Below, one piece after another: positions 36,920-50,057 of a stretch of DNA of 64,000 nucleotides. Source of the stretch: Mobula hypostoma (lineage: Eukaryota). Both the position numbers and the translations under genes were made by a program. Location of the stretch: positions 151,466,001-151,530,000 of the forward strand of contig NC_086101.1 in NCBI RefSeq assembly GCF_963921235.1, read 5' to 3'. Numbering within the stretch: position 1 is the first letter of the stretch; every line of letters starts with the position of its first letter. The notes beneath the pieces were generated by a model, which had not been told where the DNA came from, ran no database searches, and worked only from the letters and a program-made list of their open reading frames with translations.

Positions 36920-37425
36920 TCTCGGCTGTGCGTGGAAACATCAATGCCCAGGAACAGAAAAGGCTGCAGAAAATGGTGGATACAGACCAGTCCATTGCAG
37001 GCAAAGGACTCCCCAGTTACATGAAGTGCTACCAAAAGCAAACACAGCATCCATCATCAGAGAATTCCACCATCCCAGGCCCTCTTCTCGTGACTACCAT
37101 TGGGCAGGAGGTACAGAAGTCTTAGGTATCATCACCAGATTCGGGAACAGTTAGTATCATACAACCATCAGGCTCCTCAACTGGCGTGACCAACTTCATT
37201 CACCACTACTGATTCTATCACCGACAGATTCACTATTAGAACTTTGCAGTTCATGTTTACAGCCTTATTTTAATTTTCACAATTTGTCTTCTTTTAAACA
37301 CTGGTTGTTTGTCAGTGTTTTTTAAAATCTACTTGCATATAGTTTTCCCTGTAATTGCTTGCAATAAAATGAATCTCAGGTTAGTTTATGGTAGCATATA
37401 TTTACTTTGATCTATGAACTTTGAG
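36920..37425 (+). mobile_element. Rex1/Babar 3' fragment
   Basis: GNINAQEQKRLQKMVDTDQSIAGKGLPS; (actttg)-like tail. Confidence 0.75.
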
Positions 37426-37527
37426 TCCCCCAACAGTTTGGTTTTATTTGCTCCAGATTACAAAGTCTGCAATTTCTTGTAAGAAGCACGAGAGGCAGCC
37501 TGTATAATAGTTACAACTTGACATTGG

Positions 37528-37803
37528 TTAGTGGCAGAAAATAGCGGTTAATGCAACGCTTGGGGTGTCAGAGTTCGGTGTTCAGTTCCGGCATCCTCTG
37601 TAAGCAAGTTTATATGTCTTTTCCATGAACACATGGGTTTCCTCCCACAATCCAAAGATGTAACAGCTACTAGGTTAATTGGGCATCGTAAATTGTTCCT
37701 TGATTTGGCTAGGGTTAAAATCGGTGGGCTGCTGGGCAGCGCGGCTTGAATGACTGGGAGGCCCTCCCTATTCCGCACTGTATCTCTCAATAAATAAATA
37801 AAG
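37528..37803 (+). mobile_element. tRNA-derived V-domain SINE (HE1-like) with CR1-like tail
   Basis: B-box-like gttcagttcc, core gggtttcctcccacaatccaaagatgt..ggttaattgg, tail ctgtatctctcaataaataaataaa. Confidence 0.8.
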
Positions 37804-39034
37804 AACAGGAGCTTCATTGCCTGAGTTTATAACGTATTTTCAGCAGTACATATCTTCTCACAGGCCTCAATGTTGGATTTCTATTTTGTTTCTTGTCTGG
37901 TCAACTAGGCCTCTTAAACTTCATATTCCATATTGTTAGTGAACAAAAATATTCCCTGACACATACTTATGTTTTCTTGCAATAAAGCTGTAATTATGAA
38001 CTTGAAGTGCAGTAACAATGCACACACAGTATAATAGACCAGATTAAAAACAAAGTGAATGCATACCTTCTGAAAACAGCATCACTGGAAATAAGTGGAT
38101 GATTTCGAAGTAGAAGCATTTGGGATACTAATTTCTCAAGTCATGCAATCAACATAGTTTAATCTGCATTGTGACATAAATGCATTTTGTTGTTGTTAGG
38201 TATACTTGCAGAGTGGTTCATGAAGAATCCACTGTAAGATGGATAACAACAGTGTCACAATTCTAACAAAATGGAATCAAATGTGATGATGCATTCACGT
38301 ACACAAAATAAAACATCTCTGGTTTCACAATCTGTAACTTTCATTGAGAAACCAATTGACTGAGGTGGAAGATGGAGGGTTCTTCGTGTCTGCATGTCTT
38401 TTGTGTTTCTGGCAGTTTTAACTTTGAAGTTTGCTGTTCTTTTGCTTTAGCCGACCCATCTTCACTCTCTTTTGATTCCAATGGAAAATATTGGCTAAAA
38501 ACTAAACATGCTTGCAAGCGCTGTAGTTTCGAGAGAATCTCTGTGAGGAGATCAGGACGTGCCAGTATTTCACAATGCTCCTCCTAAAATCAATGTGAAA
38601 TGGTGCCTTACAAATCTCTGGTGCTGCAAGCATAATGACATCAGCAGTACACTGCAGCTAAAAATGGAGCAATGTTTGGGAGATTGAAAAACATGATTTC
38701 ATCTAACAGTAAACCTTGATTGTGATGTAAGCAGGATAGTTTGAATGTGAGAGAATCTGATTTCTTGGTGTTAATATTAGATTGGGATGAAATTCAATTT
38801 ATTTGTGTGTTAACGCAGATCCTCGTTCTGCAGTATCAGACGTGCATTTGTCATGTGTTCATCGCCATACCAATTGTAATGAAGATTCACTTTAGACCTT
38901 TCGTTCCATGTACCTGGGTCATACATAATTCAAACTTGTTTTGGCTGGAATGATAGCCTTCCAAATAATTTTCTCATGTTTGGATAAAATGCAAAGCATT
39001 GAATTTCATGAATAGTCTGAGCAGAGTGAATCAA

Positions 39035-39875
39035 TTGAAGATTCAAGATTGTTCAATGTCATTTCCAGTGTACAAGCATAAAGGAGGATGTGATATTTGT
39101 TACTCCAAATCTGATGCAGCATATACAAACGCAACAAGATAAAGAATACAATTTATAAAAAAACACAATAAATATAAATACATAAGTTAGCTTATCTACA
39201 TAGATTGATTATATGTACATAGAGTGACGGTAGATACAAAAGGTGACTGTGATAGGAAATGACAAAGAAGTGGTGGGGGGTGGGTTAGAGAGTGGAGGTG
39301 TTGATCAGCCTCACTGCTTGGGGAAAGTAATTGTTTTGAGTTTGGTGGTCCTGCCATGTATGCAATACAGCCTCCTCCCTGATGGGAGTGAGACAAACAG
39401 TCCATAAGCAAGGTAGGTGGGATCCTTCATGATATTGCTGGCCTTTTATCAGCACTTTTCTGTACATACTGTATATCCCTAATAGTGGATAGGCTGGTGC
39501 CAGTGATGCATTGGGCAGTTTTGACTACTCTTTGTAAAGTCTTCCTGTCCACCACAGTGCATTTTCCATACAATGTGGTGATGGGGCACGTCAGGATGCT
39601 CTCTACTGTGTATCTGCAGAAGGTCATGAGTATCGATGTGCATTGACCAGCTCTCTTCAGCCTCCTCAGAATGTAGCTTTCTTGATTGCGTAGGATGTGT
39701 CCTGGGATCGTGAGAGATTGTACGAGATGTGCATTCTCAGGAGTTTGAAACTGCTTCCAGTTTCCATTACCATGCTGCTGATGTAAAGAGGAGTGTGAAT
39801 GATACGCGTTTTCCTGAAGTCAATAACGATCTCCTTTGTCTTGTTGACGTTGAGGACGAGGTTATTTGCCTGTCT
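39035..39875 (-). mobile_element. Rex1/Babar 3' fragment
   Basis: NLVLNVNKTKEIVIDFRK, CRYTVESILT..LQRVVKTAQCITG. Confidence 0.88.
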
Positions 39876-40683
39876 CATCATATATGATCTGCTTTGGAGA
39901 TTATATATGATGTGAAAATTTGACAATGGGGAATGCCATGTTTCATTTCTCACAGCAGAGATGCAGATGGGCATAGAGATAGACATTGACGATCATTAAG
40001 TTCATTTTCTGCTTTGCACGTTGGCACACAAATTCTGCTCAGATTATATTGGTGGATATCCTGTTGTTTCAGGCTCAAAGCAGGGATCAATGTCTGCATT
40101 GATAATTGCAGCATAAGGAGATAAGAACCCAGAATGATTCTGCACTGTAAGGTAAGAATGCTGCAAGACAACATTTCCATTTGATTGGAAATCTGAAGTT
40201 GAGCTTTTAACCCACTGGCTGTGGGCTCTTAAATGTGTTGTCGAGCATTGGTTTCTGCCTATTCAGCTGACCTTAGCAGACAGCTGAAAAGTGCTTTCCA
40301 GTTAACCACAGCAAATTTGGGAGACTCACCTGCATTTTCAGTCCCTACTCAATGAGGCAGATTGGAAAGGGCAGAGTGAGACATCAACCAGATCTCTCAA
40401 GGTTATGATGGACCTATCCGATGACTCACAGTATGGGTTCAGACAAATGAAAGCTTGCACAAGGTACTCAAGGTTATTGCTGTACCCCAGAGAAAGCGTG
40501 GGAGCAATGGTAGAGAAAAAGGAGACATCCGAACTGTTCAGATGCAAAATGCAATTGATGGTGTTACAGAGGATATGGGATAGACACTTATTCTCTGTAA
40601 TAGAGGATACTGAACAACTTATAGGTCAAATTGTACTTATTATGTTTCCTACCTCAGATATAAGTTGTTAAATAAGATCTTTA

Positions 40684-41098
40684 TGTTACACTTTTGCCTT
40701 GCAATGAAAGTTGCAGGAGAGACACTGAACCTAGTGGGGAGATAAGTATTTTATTCAACAAAATGAGACACTCTCGGAGGAAGAGGCCTGTTCAACCCAA
40801 TATTAAACAATATTTTATATGCTAAAGATCAAAGGACAATTCTATATTTACCATGTATCTATAATGCTTCCTTTGAATTACATATAATTTTCACATTCTT
40901 TGCACCCACACTCCAGACACCCAAAATGAACGTTAATCAGCCTTGTCTGGTTTTCAGTTATTTGGTGTCCACAGCTCCAGGAAACTATTGTCTAGGGCTG
41001 CATTTCAAATTTAATCTGCAATCCACATTTGGGTCTAAAGATTGGTTGCTGAATTTAATATTTTACTATGTAACCTAACTCCGGAATATTCCCTAACA
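40684..41098 (-). mobile_element. Possible solo LTR
   Basis: tgtta...taaca termini and a minus-strand AATAAA at about 40750. No matching TSD seen. Confidence 0.3.
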
Positions 41099-41924
41099 GC
41101 TGCATGGTTATGTTTTGCATTTTTTAAAACTTGCTAGTTCTTACTTTGTTTGAGAGATTAAAGAATACTGATAACATGTCTAATCATTGTTTTGAAAAGC
41201 TGAGAATGTCATTGTTAGAAAATGCAAGTCCTGATCAACTAAATTAACATACATGAATATTTACTACATTATTACCAAAAGAGAGGTTGACAGAAAGATG
41301 GATTTTTCTAAAAGGCGTGGTGTTACACTGTTACACCAGAAATAGTTTGCTGCGGTATTGCTTTTTATGATGTTCTGGGTCATGCGTTGGTACAACCTGT
41401 GCAAGCTAGATAAAGGAGTGGCTGTCAGAAGCAACTTCAAATGGTAGTCTTTGTCAGGGTTTGTTCACGTGAATTAGCCTAACCTTCTCTTTCAGGGACT
41501 GATTGGCCTGCTGTATGTTTCTAATCATACATTCAGATGTTTACTTTGAAATTTAGTAGCTACAATATCAAGCATTTCTATTTAAATCAGCATTAGTTTT
41601 GTTCCTACCCTGTCAGCCACAATGGCAATCCGGTAGTTATTAATTTACCAGGTACTCAAATCCCACTCCACTCAATATAATATACAGCAAGAGAACACTT
41701 CAAAGCAAGGCTTTAAGCGGTTTTGACTGAACAGATTATTATTCAATGTGAGATTCAGTCAGGGTTAGATTGGATGGGTGAAATATATGCTTTATCATTC
41801 CAGTACCTTGGATGATAAATTTCAATCTCAATAATTTCAATAAGGTGCACTTCTGGGGTTTATGCTTCTTCTGTGTTGTATCATAGCAACACAGGGCTTT
41901 TTTTACATTTCGCTTTTCCACTTC

Positions 41925-42005
41925 TGAGTCACAGATGCATCAATTATTTCTTCTGAAGCTATGCATGTATATCTGCAGATCTTGACGTCACTCCCAGCCA
42001 ATCAG
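41925..42005. promoter_or_regulatory. Candidate cis-regulatory cluster (AP-1, E-box, CRE, CCAAT)
   Basis: TGAGTCA 41925-41931, CAGATG 41932-41937, TGACGTCA 41983-41990, CCAAT 41998-42002, in apparently non-repeat DNA. Confidence 0.25.
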
Positions 42006-42769
42006 CAGCAATGCTTAGTGGTACAAGGAGACCTCAAATGCCCGAGATACAGTGTGTCTGGAACCAATCGTACACACTCATACACTTAGTGTTCAGCAAT
42101 CACTTCCAGCAGCCGCTCTCCACCTCAGAAACCAGTATTAACATTAGGATGGGGAGGGGAAGCCGAAAAAGAGGAATTCCATTCACAATGCTGCTAAAAA
42201 AAAGTTAATAACTTAGTTTGGATAAATGCCTCTCAGTTTTTGGAGCTTTGTGTTGACAGGTCGGGGTTACTTACTATATTGTGATTTGCTGAACAGTTGC
42301 TGGAGGAATTTGGCCAACTTGTTGCAACTCCCATGAAGCATTGTCTTCCATTGTTTCCCTTACTACTTCGTTGAATGAGGCAGGAGACTCAACCCCTAGC
42401 ACTGCCATTAAAATATCTCCCCATGAAGTGCTTTCTTATTGCCATTATTGATACCTTTCAAGGGTAATTTTAAGTGAATAACCTCCTGTCAGTGCCTTCC
42501 CAACCAGAAGAAATAATCTTCCTTAAATTAGCCTATGAAAAGCTTTTATAATTTAAAGATTTTTTTTATTTTCAGGAAGTGAGGTCAAAAGCCACTGAAA
42601 GATCAATTAGCACAACGGGGATATAGCTTTTATTGCAGCATGGAGTTAGATGAACAAATTGACATATTTTCCCCATACTTGACCAAAACATAAGGATTCC
42701 TTTTTGGTGTGAGCATATTTACACATTTGGCTTTCTATTATTCAGTTTTTAAAATTAATCACATGATGC

Positions 42770-43215
42770 ATGCACTTCAAATCATGACCACCAGGCTCAA
42801 GGACAGCTTCTATTCTGCTGTTATAAGATGACTGAATGCCTCCTAGTACAACAAGAAGAACCCTTGACCTCACAGTCTGCTCGTTTTAACCTTGCACCCT
42901 CTTGTCTACCTACCTTGCACTTTCTCTGTAACTGTAACACTTTATTAATACCTAGAACAGTACAGCACAGGAACAGGTCCTTTGGCCCACGATGTTGTGC
43001 CAAACCAATTAAATTAGTAATTAAACGGCCAACTAAGCTAATTGCCTCTGCCTACATAGTCCATATCCTTCCATTTCCCTCAATTTCATCTTCTGCGTTC
43101 TGTTATTGACCTCCCTTGCAGTACCTCAATGTAGACATGATGGAATAATCTGTATGAATGGCATGCAGAATAATGTTTTTCACTGTATTTTAGTACATAG
43201 TAAAACAATTACCAT
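42770..43215 (+). mobile_element. Rex1 3' end with a nested minus-strand CR1 tail (about 42950-43085)
   Basis: accaccaggctcaaggacagcttcta; insert agaacagtacagcacaggaacaggtcctttggccca. Confidence 0.7.
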
Positions 43216-44344
43216 TTTACCCAGTAATACCAGCATTTATTGCCCATCCTTAATTACCCTTTGTAAAGGTGAAATGGTCAGCCATCCTGAAGAGCTGTGC
43301 TCCTTGCTCTCAAAGAACCCCGACTGTGTTGTTGGGCAAGAAGCCCATTCGCAAGACCAAACGCTGATGGAGATACAACAATTTATTTCAATGTCAGAAT
43401 TGTCTGAGACTTGTACTGGAATTTCCTTTCCTTCTAAGTTATAGAGGTTGTAGGGGCGGGAGGTGCTGTTGAAAGAAACCCGGGTGTTCCTCTGTCTCCA
43501 TCTCCCCCCCCCAACCCCCCAAGTTTTGTTATCAGAGCTTCCTAATTCTACATTCTCTGCCACTCTCAATGCAGGGTATCAACCCAAAACGCTGACCATC
43601 CCTCAAGCAGCTTGCCTTTTTTTAACTCCCTATTCCAGCACCTGCAGTCTCTTGTGTCATTCTTTACCACTCTGTGTTTTGCATTTTCGCTCCATTGGCT
43701 TTCAAGTGAAAAAAAAGCAGGAAACACCGTGTCTTCTGCACATTTCCTTGTGAGTGGCAGCAGAATTGGATTTGGCTGAACGTGTGTCTCCTCTCCCCTA
43801 GATGGTCTTCCCATTCTCACAATGATGGTCACTGGTACATACAACACAGGAGAAATGAGGAAATAACAGTCAGTGATTTTTTTAAATCAGAGATGTTAAA
43901 CAGTGCAGATATATTAAGATATCAACTAGACACTTAAGTGGGAATTACAAGAATAAGACTCAAGAAGTTTGGAGAAATAAAACGTACCAAGATCAAAAGG
44001 TTAAACATTGAGGGAGTTCGTTGAGTCTGAGTTGGTGGTTATTTTTCTGTAAGCATTCAAGTTCTTGGGTACACTTTATTTACACAGGGTTATGACAATT
44101 TACCACAGTGTAATGCTGCTGTTTGCAACGTAAAGAGAGTTGAAAATTAAATATACTCTGATGTGGTCAGATGGCAGATGTGAGTTCAATCAGGATGTGG
44201 GCTGAAAGAGGCCCTTGCTATAGAGTGGATGAAAATAGCAGTCAGCTCGATGTATAATTCTGAAAATTTTAACGTTGAGATGTAGGAGTTTTTGGAAGAG
44301 GTAACTGTAATTTTATATCTTAACTGGTATAAAGTTGCATTTTA

Positions 44345-45140
44345 TTGGGTTATGGATCAGAAGATAACATTCGTTGACTCTTGTGATGTCAAGAGAACCA
44401 CCTCTCCCTCAATGTCACAAAAACAAAGGAGCTGGTTGTGGACTGCAGGAGCAATGGAAAATGGAAACCTATTGACATCAATGGATCTGGGGTTGAGAGG
44501 GTGAACAGCTTTAAGTTCCTCGGCATAAACATCACCGAGGATCTCACATGGTCTGTACATACCAGCTGTGTGGTGAAAAGGCACAACAGCGCCTCTTTCA
44601 CCTCAGATGGTTGAAGAAGTTTGGTATGGCCCCCTGCCCCCATATTCTAAGAACTTTCTACAGGGGCAGAATTGAGAGCATCCTGACTGACTACATCACC
44701 GCCTGGTATGGGAGCTTTACTTCCCTCAGTCACAGGACTCTGCAGAGAGTGGTGCAGACGGCCCAACGCATCTGTAGATGTGAACTTCCCACTATTCAGG
44801 ACATTTACAAAGACAGGTGTGTAAAAAGGGCCCGAAGGATCATTGGAGACCCAAGTCATCACAAACACAACTGTTCCTGCTGCTACCATCTGGGAAACAG
44901 TACTGCAGCATATAAGCCAGGACCAGCAGGCTCCAGGACAGCTTCTTCCACCAGGCCATCAGACTGCTTAATTCATGCTGACGCTACAGTATTTCCATGC
45001 TATATTGACTATCCTGTTGTACATAATATTTATTATAAATTACTATAATTGCACATTGCACATTTGAATGGAGATGTAACAAAGAGTTTTACTCCTCTTG
45101 TATTTGAAGGATGTAAGTAATAAAGTCAATTCAAATTCAA
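44345..45140 (+). mobile_element. Rex1/Babar 3' fragment
   Basis: KAQQRLFHLRWLKKFG..FYRGRIESILT..AWYG..LQRVVQTAQRIC; tail aataaagtcaattcaaattcaa. Confidence 0.9.
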
Positions 45141-45384
45141 AGACCTTTTTTTTGCAGTTTCAAGTGTCTCTTAAGTGTAATACAATACATGTTTTAATAG
45201 AACGTTAACCTCTTCAGTGATGTGCCTGGCCTTCTAAGTATTTCCAGTGTTTTCTGCTTTAACTTTAGCTTTTCATCATCTGCAGTATTGCACTTTTGTT
45301 TTACATGTTTTTTATTCCGAAGAACTTTGTTTTTCTTCACGTTGAGCTAATTTGTGATTTGCAAACATTTTTTTTATTTTTCTT

Positions 45385-45660
45385 TAACCCCGACTTCTAA
45401 CTCCACCTTGGATGGTCCCAAGCCCAATTACAGAAGAAGGGAGATTGGATATGGGGCTAGCAACACCATCCAGTAAAAACCCAGAGCTGCAGAAATGCCA
45501 GGGGAAGCTCCAAAGACCTCATCCCTGAGAGAGGAAGCATCTTTGAAAATGGGCTACACTTGGGGACAACTTCAAAGACTGGCCCAGGACAGAGGACTCT
45601 GGTGAGCTGCTGTCAGAGGCCTGTGGCCCAGTAGGAGTGATAGGCTTAATGTAACATAAC
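45385..45660 (+). mobile_element. Bipartite RTE-derived non-autonomous element (RTE 5'-UTR motif plus RTE 3' end)
   Basis: ggtcccaagccc..ggggctagcaacacc then MGYTWGQLQRLAQDRGLW.AAVRGL-like terminus. Confidence 0.55.
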
Positions 45661-46034
45661 CAGAATTCTACTTTGTGGCTCACTTAATGTTTTTTGTCCT
45701 GACGATATCAGGTATAGTCCCAAACTTTTTGATCAAGTTCATCTCCTGAGGGGTAAAAGTTCTATGTTGACTCCTTGCACTGATCATAGAGTGCAGAACT
45801 GTAAGAGGTAGTGAAGGTAGTGGTTTTTAGATGGGGCATTCAACTTTTCAGATAGACTTTAAAAAACCTGCACATTAAGACTCCAATAATCTGATATGTT
45901 CAGCATTTTTGTGAACTGGACGAGTGGATTTTCTAGAGTATTGGGTTTTCATTTTTCCATTCACTCTTTTCTTTACATATTACACAGTAGATGGATAAAT
46001 TTTCTGCTGAGCTTGGTAAGTTTGAAGGGAACAT

Positions 46035-47350
46035 GGATAATATGATAGTACAAAGTCAGCATAGTTTCCTTCAGGGAAAATCCTGCTTGACAAATTTGTT
46101 GAAATTCTTTGAGGAGATTACAAGTAGGATAGATAAATGGGATGCAGTGGATGTTGCATATTTGGGCTTTCAGAAGGCCTTTGACAAGATGCCATACATG
46201 AGGCTGCTTACCAAGTTAAGAGCCCATTGTATTACAGGAAGTTACTGTCATGGTTACAGCATTAGCTGATTGGTAAGGGGCAGCAAGTGGGAATAAAAGG
46301 ATCCTTTTCTGGTTGGCTGCCAGTGACTAGTGGTGTTCTGCAGGGGTCGGTGTTGGGATCACTTCTTTTTATGCTGTATATCAATGATTTAGATGATGGA
46401 ATAGATGGCTTTGTTGCCAAGTTTGCAGATGATACGAAGATTGGTGAAGCGGCAGGTAGTGTTGAGGAAACAGGTAGGATGCAGAAGGACTTAGATTAGG
46501 AGAATGGGCAAGAAAGTGGCAAGTGAAATACAATGTTAGAAAATGAAGGGCCATGCACTTTGGTAGTAGAAATAAATGTGTGGACTATTTTCTAAACAAG
46601 GAGAAAATCCAGGAATCTGAGGTGCAGAGAGACTTGGGAGTCCTTGTGCAGAACACCCTAAGGTTAACTTGCAGGTTCAGTGGTGGTGAGGAAGGCAATT
46701 GCCATGTTAGCATTCATTTCAAGAGGTCTAGAATACAAGAGCAAGGATGTGATGCTGAGGCTTTATAAGGCACTGGTGAGGCATCACCTTGAGTATTGTG
46801 AACAGTTTTGGTCCCCTCATCTTAGAAAAGATGTGCTGGCATTGGAGAGGGTTCAGAGGAGGTTTACAAGGATGATTCCAGGAATGAAAGGGTGATCATA
46901 CGAGGAATATTTGATGGCTCTGGGTCTGTACTCGCTGGAATTCAAAAGGATGAGGGGGGATCTCAGTGAAACCTTTCAAATGTTGAATGGCCTGGACAGA
47001 GTAGATGTGGAAAGGATATTTCCCATGGTGGGAGAGTCTAGGACAAGAGAGCACAGCCTCAGGATAGAGGGGCGCCCTTTCGAAACAGAGATGCAGAGAC
47101 ATTTCTTTTGCCAAAAGGTGGTTAATTTGTGGAATTTGTTTCCACATGCAGCTGTGGAGGCCAGGTTGTTGGGTATATTTAAGGCAGAGATTGATAGGTT
47201 CTTGATTGGACATGGCATCAAAGGTTCCAGGGAGAAGGCCAGGAACTGGGGTTCAGGAGGAGATAGAAAAAAGGATCAGACATGATTGAATAGCAGAGCA
47301 GACTCGAAGGGCCAGATGGCCTAATTCTGCTCCTATGTCTTATGGCCTAA
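46035..47350 (+). mobile_element. CR1 RT plus 3' end
   Basis: SGVLQGSVLG, AKFADDTK, LVRHHLEYC; tail ctcctatgtcttatgg. Confidence 0.93.
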
Positions 47351-47409
47351 TAAGGCCCAGGTCAAGTTTAAGCAAACACATAAAACAGAACCAGTTGATT
47401 TTCACATGT

Positions 47410-48455
47410 GCAACACTCACAACACGCTGGAGGAACTCAGCAGGTCGGGCAGCATCCATGGAAACGATCAGTCAACGTTTTAGTCTTCGTCAGGACTGAA
47501 GAGGAAGGGGGCAGGGGCCCTATAAAGAAGGTGGGGGGAGGGTGGGAAGGAGAAGGCTGGTAGGTTCCAGGTGAAAAACTAGTAAGGGGAAAGATAAAGG
47601 GGTGGAGGAGGGGAAGCAGGGAGGTGATAGGCAGGAAAGGTGAAGAAGGAATAGGGGAAAACACAATGGGTAGTAGAAGGAGGCAGAACCATGAGGCAGG
47701 TGATAGGCAGCTGGGGGAGGGGGCAGAGTGAAACTGCGATGGGGGAAGGGAGGGGTAGGGAATTACTGGAAGTTGGAGAATTCAATTTTCATGCCAAGGG
47801 GCTGGAGACTACCCAGATGTTATATGAGGTGTTGCTCCTCCAACCTGAGTTTGACCTCATCATGGCAGTAGAGGAGGCCATGTATGGACATATCCGAATG
47901 GGAATGTGAAGCAGAGTTGAAGTGGGTGGCAACCGGCAGATCCTGTCTCTTGTGGCGGACGGAGCGGAGGTGCTCGATGAAGCGGTCCCCCAATCTGCGT
48001 CAGGTCTCACCGATGTAGAGGAGGCCGCACCGGGAGCACCGGATGCAATAGATGACCCCAACAGACTCACAAGTGAAGTGTTGCCTTACCTGGAAGGACT
48101 GTTTGGGGCCCTGAATGGTGGCGAGAGAGGAGGTGTAGGGACAGGTGTAGCACTTATGCTTTCAGGGATAAGTGCCGGGTGGGAGATCCGTGGGGAGGGA
48201 CGTGTGGACTAGGGAGTCACGGAGGGAATGATCCCTGCGGAAGGCGGAGAGGGGTGGAGATGGAAAGATGTGCTTAGTGGTGGAGTCCTGTTGAAGGTCG
48301 CAGAAACTGTGGAAGATACTGTGCTGGATCCAGAGGCTGGTGGAGTGGTAGGTGAGGACAAGGGGAACTCTGTCCCTGTTGTGGTGGCGGGAGGATGGGG
48401 TGAGGGCCGAAATGCGGGAAATGGAGGAGGTGCGGGTGAGGGCATCATTGATGAT
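47410..48455 (-). mobile_element. PLE 3' part (GIY-YIG plus pLTR), same subfamily as 20989-22000
   Basis: Near-identical translations; hammerhead at about 47469-47498 lacks stem II. Confidence 0.92.
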
Positions 48456-48499
48456 GGCAGAAGGTGAGAAAATGGATCGGTGGATAGTCCCGGTGGAAT

Positions 48500-48960
48500 C
48501 CATTAGAGCTTCCTGCATGCGTAGAGCCATTGGGGAGTGGAATGGTGGGCCGGGGGAGCTTACCAGATTGTAGGCCTTTTGTCTTCACTTGGTGATGTCA
48601 TTTTCCAGAACGCACTGGGCATGGGATGCGTGGGTGGTTGGCAATTCCACAGTAAGTTCACATGTTGTTCATCCAACGACACTCATGCTCTTGGCGGGGG
48701 GGGGGGGCGGTTGGTGGTTAAGGGAGCTCCCCCTAACTGTATGGGTCTGGAGACATTTTTAATGAGTGCCCTGCATGAAATGGTTCTGGGAACGGAACTA
48801 GGGTTCTGGCTGATGATTTGCAGTGTCGTTCCATAAGAAGCTTATCAATTTGGAGGGCAAGAATGATGAGGCTTTTGAGATCAGTGTGCTTCTCCTGGGT
48901 AGACTGCTAATCTTTCAAGCACTATGAGAGGCCATGATTGTAAGGCAAGGCAAGTCGTCA
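48500..48960 (-). mobile_element. Gypsy (Sushi-like) gag-protease remnant
   Basis: Minus translation DLKSLIILALQIDKLLMER..PIQLGGAPL..(C>*)TYCGIANHPRIPCPVRSGK (CX2CX4HX4C knuckle), then EALMDS. Confidence 0.7.
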
Positions 48961-49094
48961 AGGTAACTGAAAGCTAGGAGCAACCTGTTGATGTTGGCTG
49001 ATTTGTGTGAATGAACAAGGATTGTGTTTGAAAGCTGGGTTTAAGTAGACTGCAAGCGATGAGTTGGAAATGAGTGGCAGATGACTACAAGCCT

Positions 49095-50057
49095 ACTTCT
49101 TTGGCAAGGTCTCTCCACCCTGCACCAATGACCCCTCCTCCCACCTTCAACTCTCCTCCTTTTCCTGGATACACCGCCCTGGTCTTCTGCCTGGTCTGGA
49201 TCTTTTCATTGCCAACTGCCGACGAGACATCAACCGTCCCGACTTCAACACACCTCCCTCCAATTCCAACCTCACTCCTTCCGAACGCTCAGCTCTCCAC
49301 TCCCTCTGCACTGATCCTAACTTCACCATCGAACCTGCGGATAAAGAGGGCGCTGTAGTAGTCTGGCAGACTGACCTCTACCTTGCTGAGGCCCAGTGAC
49401 AAACGTCAGACACCTCCTCTTACGTACCCCTCTAACAGGATCCCACCAAGGCCATTGTCTCCCACACCATCACTGACTTTACTAGCTCTGGAGATCTCCC
49501 TTCCACTGCCACCAACCTCATAGTTCCCTTACCCTGCACCTTCTGTTTCTGCCTCCTACCCACGATCCACAAGTCCGCTTGTCCAGGAAGACCCATTGCT
49601 TCAGCTTATTCCTACCCCACTGAACTCATATCTGCATACCTCGACTCTGTCCCCTAGTACAGTCCCTTCCTATCTACATCTGGGACACTTCACACACTCT
49701 GGATCTTTTCAATGATTTCAAACTCCCTGGCTCCCATCATCTTATTTTCACTGTGGATGTCCAATTCCTGCACACCTCCATTCTCCATCAGGAAGGCCTC
49801 AAAGCTCTCCATTTCTTTCTGGACACCAGACCCAAGTAGTTCCCCTTCACCACGACTCTCTTCTGTTTATCCGAATGTGTCCTTACTCTTAATAATTTCT
49901 CCTCTGTCTTCTCCCACCTCCTTCAAACAAAAGCTGTAGCCATGGGTATTTGCATGGGTCCCAGCTGTTCCTGCCTTTTTGTCGGCTATGTGGAACAGTC
50001 CATGTTCCAAGCCTACGCTGGTGTCCGTACCCCACTTTTCCTACACCACATTGACAA
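49095..50057 (+). mobile_element. PLE reverse transcriptase fragment
   Basis: NLTPSERSALHSL..TIEPADKEGAVVVW, PGRPI, QTKAVAMGICMGPS..FLHHID (degenerate YIDD). Confidence 0.88.

Noticed and set aside
38200-38233. YTCRVVH peptide matching the Ig/MHC C1 signature between AG and GT
   Set aside because: There is an in-frame stop 8 codons upstream and no rest of an Ig domain; the short pattern arises by chance.
38341-38583. 80-codon open frame on the minus strand after a ttttag acceptor
   Set aside because: No recognisable protein; frames of this length are expected many times by chance in 64 kb.
40322-40470. Minus-strand GTGAGT donor and plus-strand SQYGFR ORF
   Set aside because: All minus frames have stops just before the donor. 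QYGFR may be an ancient LINE RT trace but is too short to call.
41477-41518. Branch point plus acceptor followed by GTATGT (17-nt micro-exon, GLIGL)
   Set aside because: It is frame-shifting in length, does not fit collagen exon rules, and has no supporting neighbours.
49095-50057. Telomerase-like RT gene
   Set aside because: Motifs and adjacent GIY-YIG copies identify a PLE RT; it is disrupted and intronless.
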